In this document: piece by piece, positions 19,315 through 29,222 of the stretch
How positions within the stretch are numbered: the first letter of the stretch is position 1
Layout: each line of letters opens with the position of its first letter
DNA from: Pseudomonadota bacterium
Lineage (GTDB): Archaea > Thermoplasmatota > SW-10-69-26 > JACQPN01 > JAJPHT01
Assembly: GCA_021325135.1 (NCBI GenBank)
Contig: JAJPHT010000030.1
Coordinates: 152,826 to 216,825 of the forward strand
DNA length: 64,000 nucleotides
Direction of reading: 5' to 3'
Translations under genes and position numbers: made by a program
The notes under the pieces: model-generated
What the model was told of the DNA's origin: nothing
Database searches by the model: none
The model's input: only the letters and a program-made list of their open reading frames with translations

Positions 19315-20994
19315 TCACCTCACCTGGTAGACGCGCCACTGGCCGGCCTGCGAGACGAGCCTCGCGCCCGAGAGCCACGACTCGTCGGCCTTGCCCTTCT
19401 GCGCGTCCTTGTCGGTGTACTTGTCGACGACGGCGTAGAGCGCGCCGTGCGACTCGGACATGGCCGCCGATCGCTGCGCCTCGTCGCGATAGCAATCGGG
19501 GCAGTAGCGCACCTGGTCGGGGTTGCCCGTCGCCTTCAGGAAGAGGCCGGGCTGCCACGAGTAGACGATGATGCGCGCGCCGGGGTCCTTGTCGACCATG
19601 GCGTTCGTGTCCTTGATGAGCGAGTATTCGGCGTTGGTGTAGAGGCGGTACCACGGGTAGGGGTGGGCGGGCGCGGCCTGCACGGCGCCCGCGACGAGGA
19701 GCACCGCCGCGATGGAGGCCACGGGGGCGATCCACGAGGCGCGGCGCGGGGCCCGCAGCGGGCGCCACGCGAGCAGCGCGCCCACGACGGTCGCGACGGC
19801 GGCGCCCGCGAGGAGCGCCACGCCCAGCGAGAGGTAGACCACCGTGCGCTGCGGCCAGAACGAGCTGTTGAACACGTTGAGGGCCGTGAGCGGGTAGGTG
19901 AACGCGCAGAGGCCCACGCCCAGGTCGCCCAGGGACGAGGGGGCGATGAACGCCACCGCGAGCCCCGCGAGGCCCAGGTCCAGCGCGACGCGGCCCAGCA
20001 TGTTGCGGTAGTTGACGCCGGGCTGCGGCGTGCGCGCGAGCAGCTGCACCGCGGCGAGCGCGACCGCGGCGCACGCGATGCCCAACGCGATGCGCGTGGG
20101 GCGCGAGAGGCGCACGCGGGCGAGGCCCGCCACGAGGAGGACGCCGGGCGCGGCGACGAGGCCCAGCACCACGACGAAGACCGGGAAGAGCAGGACGCCC
20201 GGCAGGCTCAGCGCGGAGAGGACGCGCAGCGGCCCCAGGTGGTCGAAGAACGACGCGAAGCCGCTGTCCGTGTGGTCCCAGCGCGACGCGATGGCGAAGG
20301 AGGCGCCCAGCACGACCATGATGGCGCCGGGCAGGAGGCGGCGCAGCGAGGGCTCGAAGGGCGCGCCCTCGCGCAGCACGCGGAGCGCCAGCCAGATGGC
20401 CGCGGGGACGAGCATGAGGGGCACGACCCACGGGTGCGCGAAGGCGAGGGCCGCCGTGAGCACGGCGAAGAGCGCGATGGCGCCCCCCTGCTGCGAGCGC
20501 GAGGCGCCGCTCTCCGTCGCCAGGACGAAGGCGAGCAGGTAGGCGGGGATCATCGCCATGTCCAGCGCGGTGGGGAAGTAGAGCTCCGTGCGGAAGATGT
20601 GCTCGGGCATGACCGCCACGAGCAGCGCCGCCACGAGGCCCGCCACGGGGCCGGAGAGCTTGTTGGCCAGCGCGAACGTGCCGACGATGGCCAGCGCGCC
20701 GAACGCGATGGGCGCGAACATGACCCACGTCTCCAGGGGCGTCCCGGAGTCCGCGGCGAGCACGCCGCCCAGCGCGTGGAGGCCGGGAGGATATCCGGTC
20801 CCTCCGAGCCACTGCGAGCCGCCGAACCAGCCGCGCGCCAGCGCCTCCTTGGTGAGGACGAGGTGCGTGTAGGGGTCCTCGGCGCCGATGACCGGCGTGG
20901 AGAGGGGGTCGTGGAGCCGGAGCGCGCACCCGAGCACGACGATGCCGAGCAGCAGGGCCGGGCCCGCGACGTCCATGACGCGGACGCGAGACAT
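19315..20994 (-). CDS. Multi-TM GT-C fold glycosyltransferase
   Basis: AEDPYTH, YPPGLH motifs; more than 10 TM; in glycosylation locus. Confidence 0.75.
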   Translation of the reverse strand: MSRVRVMDVAGPALLLGIVVLGCALRLHDPLSTPVIGAEDPYTHLVLTKEALARGWFGGSQWLGGTGYPPGLHALGGVLAADSGTPLETWVMFAPIAFGALAIVGTFALANKLSGPVAGLVAALLVAVMPEHIFRTELYFPTALDMAMIPAYLLAFVLATESGASRSQQGGAIALFAVLTAALAFAHPWVVPLMLVPAAIWLALRVLREGAPFEPSLRRLLPGAIMVVLGASFAIASRWDHTDSGFASFFDHLGPLRVLSALSLPGVLLFPVFVVVLGLVAAPGVLLVAGLARVRLSRPTRIALGIACAAVALAAVQLLARTPQPGVNYRNMLGRVALDLGLAGLAVAFIAPSSLGDLGVGLCAFTYPLTALNVFNSSFWPQRTVVYLSLGVALLAGAAVATVVGALLAWRPLRAPRRASWIAPVASIAAVLLVAGAVQAAPAHPYPWYRLYTNAEYSLIKDTNAMVDKDPGARIIVYSWQPGLFLKATGNPDQVRYCPDCYRDEAQRSAAMSESHGALYAVVDKYTDKDAQKGKADESWLSGARLVSQAGQWRVYQVR

Positions 20995-21146
20995 TGCGGG
21001 ACGCTTCACGGAGCGGGCCAAGGCGGTTCAGGTACACTCTTCGAAACACGAGGCCCTCCGGAGCGCGCGCTGCCTGCCTGCACGCTCTCCCGGGCTTCGA
21101 TGCTCGTCAGGCAAACGTTTTCCCCGAAGAGGCCCAGGGGCGCCGC

Positions 21147-22439
21147 GTGGCCTCGCTGCGAGAGCACCTGCGCGACCCGCTCTACGCCAACGGCTATGCC
21201 CTGGTCGCCAACGCGGGCGCCTCCGCGCTCCTGGGCTTCCTCTTCTGGATCGTCGCCGCGCGCCGCTTCGCGCCCGAGAGCCTGGGCGTGGGCGCCGCCG
21301 TCGTGAGCGCCGCCACGCTCGCGGCCCTCGTGGGGAAGGCGGGCTTCGACGCCGCCATCATCCGCTACGGCCCGGGCCTGGGCCGCCGCGAATTGGAGCG
21401 TCTCCTCGCCCGCGCCGCGGCCGCGACGCTCCTCCTCACGGGCCTCGTGGCCCTCGTCGTGCTGGCCTTGGCGGTGGAGGGCGTCGAGACGCTGGACGCG
21501 CTGCGCGCGCCCGTCGCCGCGCTGGGCTTCGTGCTCCTCGCCGTGGGCACCGGCGCCGCGTGGGTGTTCGACGCCTACTTCGTGAGCGAGCAGGCGGGCG
21601 TCCTCGTCTTCGCGCGCAACCTCGCCTTCAACGGCCTCAAGCTCGCGGCGCCCTTCGTCGTCGCGGCGAGCCTGGGCGACGAGGCGGTGCCCGTGGCGTG
21701 GGGCCTGGGCCTGGCCGCCTCGCTGGCGTTCGCCTTCGCCGTCACGCTGCCGCGCCTCGCGCGCCACCCCGCGCAGGGGCTGCCCGCCGCGCCCGCGCGC
21801 GAGATGCTGGGCTACGCGGCGCGCAACTACGCGCTCAACCTCAGCGAGTTCCTGCCGGGCCTCGTCTTCCCCATCCTGGTCCTGGGCGCCATGGGCCCCG
21901 CGGAGAACGCGCGCTTCTACCTTGCCTGGACCGTCGCCACCGTGGCGTTCCTCGCGAGCAAGGCCATCACGCAGTCGAGCTTCGCCGCGCTGGTGCGCCC
22001 CGGCCCCGCGGGCCCCGCGCTGCGCAAGGCGTTCCTTCTCTCCCTCATCGTGCTGGGGCCCATGATGGTGGGCCTCTTCGCGCTGGGGGGGACGCTCCTG
22101 GGCGTCTTCGGCGACCACTACGCGCAGGGCGCGGAGCTGCTGCGCATCCTCGCGATCTCCATCGCGCCGGTCGCCATCTCCAACGTCTACCTCTCCTACC
22201 TCAAGGCGCGCCGGCCCGCGCTGGAGCTGACACTCCTGCCCGCGATCACCATGGCCGCGCTCCTTGCGCTGACGCCCTTCGCCCTGGTCCGCCTGGGCAT
22301 CCTGGGCGTCGGCTTCGTGTGGCTCGGCGTGCAATCGCTCGCGGGCCTCTACTCCGCCGTCCGCCTTGTCGCCATCCTGAGGAGGTCCTCCGTTGACGAA
22401 CCCCGAACCGCTCTCCGTGGTCATCCTCACGAAGGATGA
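21147..22439 (+). CDS. Oligosaccharide flippase (Wzx/RfbX-like)
   Basis: LLGFLFWIVAAR, about 12 TM, FGDHYAQG. Confidence 0.85.
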   Translation: MASLREHLRDPLYANGYALVANAGASALLGFLFWIVAARRFAPESLGVGAAVVSAATLAALVGKAGFDAAIIRYGPGLGRRELERLLARAAAATLLLTGLVALVVLALAVEGVETLDALRAPVAALGFVLLAVGTGAAWVFDAYFVSEQAGVLVFARNLAFNGLKLAAPFVVAASLGDEAVPVAWGLGLAASLAFAFAVTLPRLARHPAQGLPAAPAREMLGYAARNYALNLSEFLPGLVFPILVLGAMGPAENARFYLAWTVATVAFLASKAITQSSFAALVRPGPAGPALRKAFLLSLIVLGPMMVGLFALGGTLLGVFGDHYAQGAELLRILAISIAPVAISNVYLSYLKARRPALELTLLPAITMAALLALTPFALVRLGILGVGFVWLGVQSLAGLYSAVRLVAILRRSSVDEPRTALRGHPHEG

Positions 22440-23337
22440 GGCAGTGAATTTGCCCGAATGCCTCGACGCCACGCTCGCGCAGATGCGCGGCGAGGACGAG
22501 GCGATCGTGGTGGACTCGGCCAGCCGCGACGCCACCGTCCCCCTGGCCGAGGGCTATGCGCAGCGCGAGCCCGGCCGCGTCCGCGTGAAGGCCTATCCGG
22601 TCAACGTCAGCTTCGGCGCCGCGCGCAACGCCGGCATCGAGATGGCGCGCCACGACCTCATCGTGTTCGTGAGCGCCGACGCCGTCCCCGAGCCGGGCTG
22701 GCTCGACGCCATCCGCCGCGCGGCGGGGAACGCGGACATCGTGTACGGCCGCCAGCGCCACGCGCCCCCCACCGACAACGCGGCCACCGTCTCGCGCGGC
22801 CTGCGCTATCGCCACTTCGAGGTCGCAAGCGACGGCCTTCCCGAGCGCTACGCCTCCAACGTGAACGCGGCCTACCGGCGCTTCGCCTTCGACACGCTGA
22901 GCTTCGACGAGCACGCGCAGGGCGCGGAGGACGTGGCCTTCGCCAAGGAGGCGCGCCTCGCGGGCCTGCGCATCGCCTACGCGCCCGACGCCGTCGTCCG
23001 CCACAAGGACGTCGCCTCGTGGAAGGGCGAGTGGCGCAAGCACCAGCGCGAGGGCGCGGCCTACGCGCAGCTCCACCGCCTGCTGGGGGCGCCCAAGGGG
23101 CACCTCGCCTGGGCGGTCGCCGTGGCCGGCATGGGGCTCATCGCCGTCGTGAGCGGCAACCTGTGGGTCCTGGGCGGCACGCTCCTCGTCTTCTTCGCGC
23201 CGACGCTGCGCCGCCTCGCCAGCCCCGTCGCGCGCAAATACAAGCCGCTCCCCCTGCTCAAGGGCGCCGCGGCCTCCCCCCTCTTCGACCTCGCCTTCGT
23301 CAGCGCGTACCTCAAGCGGAGGATCGTCCATGCCTGA
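22393..23337 (+). CDS. GT2 glycosyltransferase
   Basis: SVVILTKDE, VDSASRDAT, ARNAG, SADA, AEDVAF. Confidence 0.9.
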   Translation: MTNPEPLSVVILTKDEAVNLPECLDATLAQMRGEDEAIVVDSASRDATVPLAEGYAQREPGRVRVKAYPVNVSFGAARNAGIEMARHDLIVFVSADAVPEPGWLDAIRRAAGNADIVYGRQRHAPPTDNAATVSRGLRYRHFEVASDGLPERYASNVNAAYRRFAFDTLSFDEHAQGAEDVAFAKEARLAGLRIAYAPDAVVRHKDVASWKGEWRKHQREGAAYAQLHRLLGAPKGHLAWAVAVAGMGLIAVVSGNLWVLGGTLLVFFAPTLRRLASPVARKYKPLPLLKGAAASPLFDLAFVSAYLKRRIVHA

Positions 23338-24676
23338 AGCCCCCAAGCCCCGAGAGACCACCTTCCTCCTCATCCTCGACGCCTGCCGCCGCGACTACCT
23401 GACGCCGGAGAACGCGCCCTTCCTGCACGGCCTCATGGAGCGCGGCCTCACCGCCAGCATCGAGAGCCCTCCGGGCTTCACGCAGCGCACGACCATGTTC
23501 ACCGGGACGTATCCCGACACCAGCAACGCGTTCAGCGCGTTCGGGTACGACCCCGAGAACTCGCCCTTCAAGTGGGTGGGGAAGCTCGGCCCGGTCGCGC
23601 GCGCCTACCAGCCGCGCAAGGTGATGTACCCCATGCGCATGGCGGTGAAGCGCATCAGCCGCTGGGCCAGCGGCCAGTACCACACCGACCCCGCGTGGAT
23701 CCCCGGTCCCTACCTGCCCGCGTTCAGCGTCGTGGAGGACCACAAGCCCATCTTCGAGGAGAACGCGATGCCGCTCACGGGCATCTTCGACCTCCTGCGC
23801 GCGCAGGGCCGGACGTTCAAGTACCTCGCGCACCCCATCAGCGGGAACGACGACGAGATCCACAAGATGGTCCTCGACACGTTCCGGCAGCGCGAGGACC
23901 ACGCCTTCGTCTTCGCGCAGTTCAGCAACCTCGACGAGGGCGCGCACCACAAGGGGCCCCTGGTCCCCGAGGGTTTCGTGCCCGCCAAGACGCAGACCGA
24001 CGCGGACCGCGCCTTCATGGCCAAGGAGATCCGCGAGATCGACCGCAAGTGCCGCGAGATCCACCAGACGCTCGCGGAGAACTACCAGACGTTCCACTTC
24101 CTGGCCATCGGCGACCACGGCATGGCGCCCGTCATGGAGAAGGTGAACGTGCTGAAGATGGTCGAGTCGCTCCCCCTCAAGGCGGGGCGGGACTACACGC
24201 TGTTCCTCAACAGCACCATCGCCAACGCGTGGTTCCACACCGAGAAGGCCGAGCGCGAGATCCGCGCCCTCTTCACCGACAAGCCCTACGGGCGCATCAT
24301 CGAGGCCGAGGAGCGCCGGCAGCGCCGCATCCCGCTGGACCGCCGCTACGGCGACCTCCTCTTTGCCGCGGACCCGGGCGTCCTCTTCTGGCCTGACTAC
24401 TTCCACGTCGTCGAGCACGACATCAAGGGGATGCACGGCTACCTGGAGAAGGGCATCCACGGCGACGAGCCGCCCCGCGCGGGCCAGGAGACGTGGGGCG
24501 CCGAGACGACGGGCGTTCTCTGCATGGACTCGCCCCTCGCCCGCGAGCGCAAGGACCTCGGCCTGCGCAACCTCGTCGACGTGTTCCCGACGCTCTGCGC
24601 GCTCGCGGGCGTGGACGTGCCCGGCCACAACGAGGGGCGCTCCTTCCTGGAGGGGCCCGGCCTCGCGCTCGCGTGA
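23330..24676 (+). CDS. Alkaline phosphatase superfamily (nucleotide pyrophosphatase/phosphodiesterase-like)
   Basis: ILDA, LDEGAH, GDHGM, GMHGY, VDVFPTL metal-binding motifs. Confidence 0.85.
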   Translation: MPEAPKPRETTFLLILDACRRDYLTPENAPFLHGLMERGLTASIESPPGFTQRTTMFTGTYPDTSNAFSAFGYDPENSPFKWVGKLGPVARAYQPRKVMYPMRMAVKRISRWASGQYHTDPAWIPGPYLPAFSVVEDHKPIFEENAMPLTGIFDLLRAQGRTFKYLAHPISGNDDEIHKMVLDTFRQREDHAFVFAQFSNLDEGAHHKGPLVPEGFVPAKTQTDADRAFMAKEIREIDRKCREIHQTLAENYQTFHFLAIGDHGMAPVMEKVNVLKMVESLPLKAGRDYTLFLNSTIANAWFHTEKAEREIRALFTDKPYGRIIEAEERRQRRIPLDRRYGDLLFAADPGVLFWPDYFHVVEHDIKGMHGYLEKGIHGDEPPRAGQETWGAETTGVLCMDSPLARERKDLGLRNLVDVFPTLCALAGVDVPGHNEGRSFLEGPGLALA

Positions 24677-24688
24677 GGTGCGGGCCGC

Positions 24689-25615
24689 ATGCTCGACTTC
24701 GCGTTCACCGAAGGCTCCGACCCCGCCGCCCGCGAGCGCGTGCGCCGCGACCTCGCGCGCATCGTGGACGCCTGCCGCGCCGCGGACGCGCGCCTTCACG
24801 CCCTCGTGCTCACCGGGGGCTTCAGCCGCGGCGAGGGCACCGTGCGCGACGGCGCTCCTGTCAACGACTACGACCTCGTCGCGGTCCGCGCGGCCCCCGG
24901 GGGGCGGGCGCGATATCAGCACGTCTCGGCCGTCCTGACGCAGGACCTTGGCATCGAGGTGGACCTCATGCCCGTCTGGAGCGCGCGCCTGCCCCGCGTC
25001 GGCCGCAAGCTCTTCTGGCTGGACCTGCGCCTGGGCGGCCGCGTGCTCCACGGCGACGAGGGCGTGCTGGGAAGGCTGCCGCGCTTCGACGCGCGCGACC
25101 TCGACCCCCGCGAGCCCGCGCGCCTCCTGGGGAACCGCGCCGCGGGGCTGCTCCTGGCCCTTCCGGAGCCCGGCCAGCCCACCGACGAGCGCCAGGTCGC
25201 CCTCCAGAGCGCGAAGGCCGTGCTCGCGGCCATGGACGCTCGCCTCCTCCACGAGGGGCTCTACGCGGCGCGCCTGCGCGAGCGGCTGGACCTCGCCAAG
25301 GGGCACCCGGACCACGCCCTCTTCGCCCAGGCCGTGGACTGGAAGCTCGCCGACCGCGACCTGCCCGCCCCCTCGTGGGACGAGGCGCGGCGCGCGCTCC
25401 TGGAGGCCGTGCAGGCGACGCGCGCCGAGCGCCACGCGGACGGGTGGACGGAGCGCGCCTTCCATCTCCTGTACGCCCGCCGGTTCCGCGCGAGCCCCAG
25501 CCGCGACGTGCGCCACGCGGCGTGGCAGCTCCTCCGCCGCGTCCACCTCTCGCAGGGGATCGAGCGCAGCGTCAAGGAGGAGTTCTTCGCGGCGCGCGCC
25601 CGGACGCTGCAATAG
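24689..25615 (+). CDS. Pol-beta superfamily nucleotidyltransferase with helical C-terminal domain
   Basis: LTGGFSRGEG...NDYDL...EVDL. Confidence 0.75.
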   Translation: MLDFAFTEGSDPAARERVRRDLARIVDACRAADARLHALVLTGGFSRGEGTVRDGAPVNDYDLVAVRAAPGGRARYQHVSAVLTQDLGIEVDLMPVWSARLPRVGRKLFWLDLRLGGRVLHGDEGVLGRLPRFDARDLDPREPARLLGNRAAGLLLALPEPGQPTDERQVALQSAKAVLAAMDARLLHEGLYAARLRERLDLAKGHPDHALFAQAVDWKLADRDLPAPSWDEARRALLEAVQATRAERHADGWTERAFHLLYARRFRASPSRDVRHAAWQLLRRVHLSQGIERSVKEEFFAARARTLQ

Positions 25616-26723
25616 CCTCCGCGAGCACGCGCTCGGTGCGCTTCGCCAGGTCGTCCCAGCGGTGCTCCGCCAGCACGCGCGCCCTTCCGCGCTGCCCCAT
25701 GGCCGCGCCCATCTTGGGGTCCTCCAGCACGCGCCGGATCGCCTCCTCCAGCGCGGCCGCGTCGCCGGGCGGGGCCAGGAGGCCGTTGTCGCCGTGGCGG
25801 ACGAAGGTGGGGATGCCCCCCATGCGGGAGCCCACCACGGGGCGGCCGCACGCGTTGGCCTCGGCGAGCACCATGCCGAAGCTCTCGGCGTCGCTGAGGC
25901 TGGGCAGCACGACGACGTCGGCGCGCTGGTACTCGCGGGGGAGGTCGTCCTCCTTCACGCGCCCCGCGAAGGAGACGCGCTCCTGGAGGCCCTGCGCCCG
26001 GGCGCGCCACTGGTAGCGGTCCACGAGGTCGCCCTGCCCCACGACGCGCAGGCGCGCCTCCGGGAGGTCCCTCGCCAGGCGCGCGAACGCCTGGAAGAGC
26101 GTCTCGAACCCTTTCCACTCGTAGGCGCGGTCCACGGGGCCCACGTAGAGGATGCGCCCCGGAACGGGCGGGGGGCCCGGAGCGAAGCGCTCGGCGTCCA
26201 CGCCAGGCGGGACGATGGTGCAGGCGCGGTGGCCGAAGACGCGGTCCGCGACGTACTCCGACACCGCGATGCGCGCCGCGGCGCCCGAGAGGAGCGCGCG
26301 CTCGGGGCCCGCGCGATGCGCCCACGCGGCGAGGGCGAGGGGGCTCCCCTTGGGCGCGGCCAGGCGGCCCGCGTGGTACGTCACGACGTAGGGCACGCGC
26401 GCCTGGCGCGCCGCCAGGGCGGCCAATTCCGCGGCGCCCGGGACCGGCGTGTGGACGACGACGACGTGGGGCCGCGTCTCGCGCAGGAGCCGGCGCGCCT
26501 CGGAATGATATCTCAGGGAGAGGGGCGTGTTGGAGAGTCGCGCCCGGGGCAGGACGCCCACCTGGCGGGCGCCGCCCTCGACGCGCTCGAAGCGGGCCGT
26601 CGCGTGGCCGATCTCGGCGACCTCGTGCCCCGCGGCGGCGAGGTGGGCCGAGATGGAGCGCGCGTACCGCTCCAGGCCGCCCCCCTGGGGGAAGAGGTAG
26701 GGCGTGGCGACGAGGAGCCTCAC
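25572..26723 (-). CDS. GT4 glycosyltransferase
   Basis: GGLERY, PPGVD, KG, ESFGMVLAEA; GTGA overlap with upstream gene. Confidence 0.93.
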   Translation of the reverse strand: MRLLVATPYLFPQGGGLERYARSISAHLAAAGHEVAEIGHATARFERVEGGARQVGVLPRARLSNTPLSLRYHSEARRLLRETRPHVVVVHTPVPGAAELAALAARQARVPYVVTYHAGRLAAPKGSPLALAAWAHRAGPERALLSGAAARIAVSEYVADRVFGHRACTIVPPGVDAERFAPGPPPVPGRILYVGPVDRAYEWKGFETLFQAFARLARDLPEARLRVVGQGDLVDRYQWRARAQGLQERVSFAGRVKEDDLPREYQRADVVVLPSLSDAESFGMVLAEANACGRPVVGSRMGGIPTFVRHGDNGLLAPPGDAAALEEAIRRVLEDPKMGAAMGQRGRARVLAEHRWDDLAKRTERVLAEAIAASGRAPRRTPP

Positions 26724-27847
26724 GACCGCGGGCCCCCCGCGTCCGAGATCGCCATGGCGTGGACGGCCTCCAGGCGCTCCACGACGCGGGCCCAGGCGTA
26801 CTCCTTGGCGACGCGGTCGCGGACGTCGGCGGGCGAGCCGAAGCGCTCCGGCGCGCGCCACGCCTCCACGAGCTTCGCGGCCAGGTCCTCGGGGTCGCCG
26901 GGCGTCGCGACGAGGCCCGAGAGGAGCGCCACCTCGCGCACGCCGGGAAGGTCGCTGGCGACGACGGGCGCGCCCGACGCCATGGCCTCCAGGAGCGCGA
27001 TGCCGAAGGCCTCCTGGGAGTTGATACTAGGGAGCACGCACACGCGGGCCTCGGCGTAGAGGCGGCGGAGCTCGTCGCGCGGCACGCGGCCCAGGAACTC
27101 CACGGGGGCCTTCAGCGACTCGGCGAGGTCGCGCAGCCGCCGCTCCTGGGGGCCGCTGCCCGCGACGAGGATGGGCGCTCCGGTCTCGCGGCGCACGTCG
27201 CGCGCGGCGCGCAGGAGCACGTCGACGCCCTTGTAGGGCACCAGGCGGCCCACGCAGAGGATCGCCTCGCCGCGGGGGCGCGTCGCGTCGAACTCCTCCA
27301 GGTCGACGCCGTTGGGCACCCAGTCGACGCGGCCCGCGGGGAAGGCGCGCAGCACGGGGGAGGCGCGGGCGTACTCCATGCTCTTGGCCACGACGCGCGT
27401 GGCGCGCCGCATGAGGCGCCCCGCGGTGCGGGCGTGGGCCGCGGCGGCCGCGCGCATGGGCCACGAGGTGCCGTGCACGTCGAAGTGGTAGTCCAGCACC
27501 GTCGCGCGGCCGCGCTTCGCCTGCCGGGCCAGGAGCACGTCCGAGAAGCCCGGGTACGTCGCGGGGACGTGCACGACCTCGGCGTCCTCGGGGATCGCGC
27601 GCCCCAGCGCCGCGATGGGGTTGCGGAAGAGGGCGCCCAGGCGCCGCACGCGCACGAGGCGGACGCCCTCGGGGGTCTCCTCGACGCCGGAGGAGCGCGC
27701 GCTGGCCACCAGCGTGACCTCGTGCCCGCGGGCGGCGAGGCCGGAGGCCGCTCGGTCGAGGGCCTCCTCGACGCCGCCGCGCAGCGCGTGGGGATCGTCG
27801 CCCTCCTTCGGACGGGGATCGTACGGGCTGACGATGGCGACGCGCAT
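26720..27847 (-). CDS. GT4 glycosyltransferase
   Basis: GGVE, PNGVD, GRLVPYKG, EAFGIALLEAMA. Confidence 0.93.
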   Translation of the reverse strand: MRVAIVSPYDPRPKEGDDPHALRGGVEEALDRAASGLAARGHEVTLVASARSSGVEETPEGVRLVRVRRLGALFRNPIAALGRAIPEDAEVVHVPATYPGFSDVLLARQAKRGRATVLDYHFDVHGTSWPMRAAAAAHARTAGRLMRRATRVVAKSMEYARASPVLRAFPAGRVDWVPNGVDLEEFDATRPRGEAILCVGRLVPYKGVDVLLRAARDVRRETGAPILVAGSGPQERRLRDLAESLKAPVEFLGRVPRDELRRLYAEARVCVLPSINSQEAFGIALLEAMASGAPVVASDLPGVREVALLSGLVATPGDPEDLAAKLVEAWRAPERFGSPADVRDRVAKEYAWARVVERLEAVHAMAISDAGGPRS

Positions 27848-28027
27848 CGCGCCGGAGCGCGGCTCGGCGGGGAGGGGGTTTCTGGTTCGATCGGCGAAAA
27901 CCGCCCCTTCAGGCCGCTTGTGGTACGCTTCTTGACCAGGCCGCTTCCACGAGGGAAGCGTCGTGCGGGGGTCACGCGGCGCGGGGGGAATGGGCCCCTG
28001 GGCGCCCCTTGTCGATGGGCGGCGGCG

Positions 28028-28408
28028 TCACGGCCTCTCGACGCGGCGGATCGGCTCCTTGTCTCCCGCCGCGTCGATGGCCACGAAGACGCCCGTGACG
28101 CGCAGGACCTCGCGCTCGTCCGGGTCGGCGGGGTGCGCCGCGGTGACGCGCAGGTCGATGGCGAGGCTCGTGCGCCCCACGCGGGCGACGCGGCCGTAGA
28201 AGCTCACCATGTCGCCGGGCGCCACGCGGCTCTGGAAGTCGATCTCGGTGAACGCCTTGGTGACCATGTAGCGGTTCGCCACCTGGCGGCCGGCGTAGAT
28301 GGCGCCCGCCTCGTCGACCCACGCCATCATGTTGCCGCCCCAGAGGACTCCGGCGTGGCCCGTGTCCTTGATGAGGCAGAGGCGCCGCGTGATCAGCTCG
28401 AACTCCAC
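28028..28408 (-). CDS. Acyl-CoA thioesterase (hotdog, YciA-like)
   Basis: GVLWGGNMMAWVDEAG, VGRTSL, FVAID. Confidence 0.88.
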   Translation of the reverse strand: MEFELITRRLCLIKDTGHAGVLWGGNMMAWVDEAGAIYAGRQVANRYMVTKAFTEIDFQSRVAPGDMVSFYGRVARVGRTSLAIDLRVTAAHPADPDEREVLRVTGVFVAIDAAGDKEPIRRVERP

Positions 28409-28654
28409 GCGCGCGGATGCCGCCCCGAGAGGAAAAACCCCCTCGGCGCGCGCCGAAGCGGCGCCGCCCCATAGGAATTCCATCGGAAGCGGGGGTGGCG
28501 ATGCTGGGCCTTCGATTGCGCCGATTCGACCAGGGGAAATTGAACATGTATCGATTCTTCGTCCCCGTCTTCTTTCCCCTGGCGTCTCTTGGGCCGATAT
28601 AAAAGGACAACCTTATGCACCCTTGGAACGCGTGACGTTTCCACAGGGATTTCC

Positions 28655-29146
28655 ATGCCCTTCCAGAAGGACGGTTACACGCTGTACAGCCGGACGGTCA
28701 CCCTGAAGGGCGGCCGCCAGCAGACGATTTACTTCTTCGCGCGCAACAAGCCCAAGTCGGGCTCGCCCGCGGAGCTCCCCCAGGGCTACGAGGTCGCGAC
28801 GACCACGCGCACCGGCCTGCCCATCCTGCGCCGCAAGGGCGGCAGCAAGTGGCGCGAGCAGCGCGCCGAGGCCAAGAAGCGCGCCGCCGAGCGCAAGGCG
28901 AAGCGCGAGGCCAAGCGCAAGGCCATGATGGAGGAGCGCAAGGCCCGCGCCAAGGCGCGCCGCGAGGCCGCCAAGGCCAAGAAGGCCTCCAAGCCCGGCA
29001 AGAAGGCGCGCAAGGGCGCCCGCAAGGCCGCCCCCAAGAAGGCCGGCCGCAAGGCGGGCAAGAAGGTCGCCAAGAAGGCGGGCAAGAAGACCGCCAAGAA
29101 GGGCGGCGCCAAGAAGGCCAAGAAGGCCAAGGGCAAGCGCCGCTAA
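28655..29146 (+). CDS. Small globular domain plus histone-H1-like Lys/Ala-rich tail
   Basis: YTLYSRTVTLKGGRQQTIYFF...LPQGYEV...RTGLPIL followed by ~100 aa of KKA/RKA repeats. Confidence 0.8.
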   Translation: MPFQKDGYTLYSRTVTLKGGRQQTIYFFARNKPKSGSPAELPQGYEVATTTRTGLPILRRKGGSKWREQRAEAKKRAAERKAKREAKRKAMMEERKARAKARREAAKAKKASKPGKKARKGARKAAPKKAGRKAGKKVAKKAGKKTAKKGGAKKAKKAKGKRR

Positions 29147-29163
29147 GCCTTCCTTCGTTTTGG

Positions 29164-29186
29164 GACGCCCCGGACCGGGGCGTCCA
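29164..29186 (+). terminator. GC hairpin after the basic-tail gene
   Basis: GGACGCCCCGG-A-CCGGGGCGTCC preceded by a T-run. Confidence 0.5.
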
Positions 29187-29222
29187 ACAACCTTTCTATA
29201 TCGCCTTGCCGACTGCCCGCGC

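Noticed and set aside
28860-29143. DNA tandem repeat (GCCAAGAAG-like units)
   Set aside because: Explained by the Lys/Ala-rich protein tail; irregular at the DNA level
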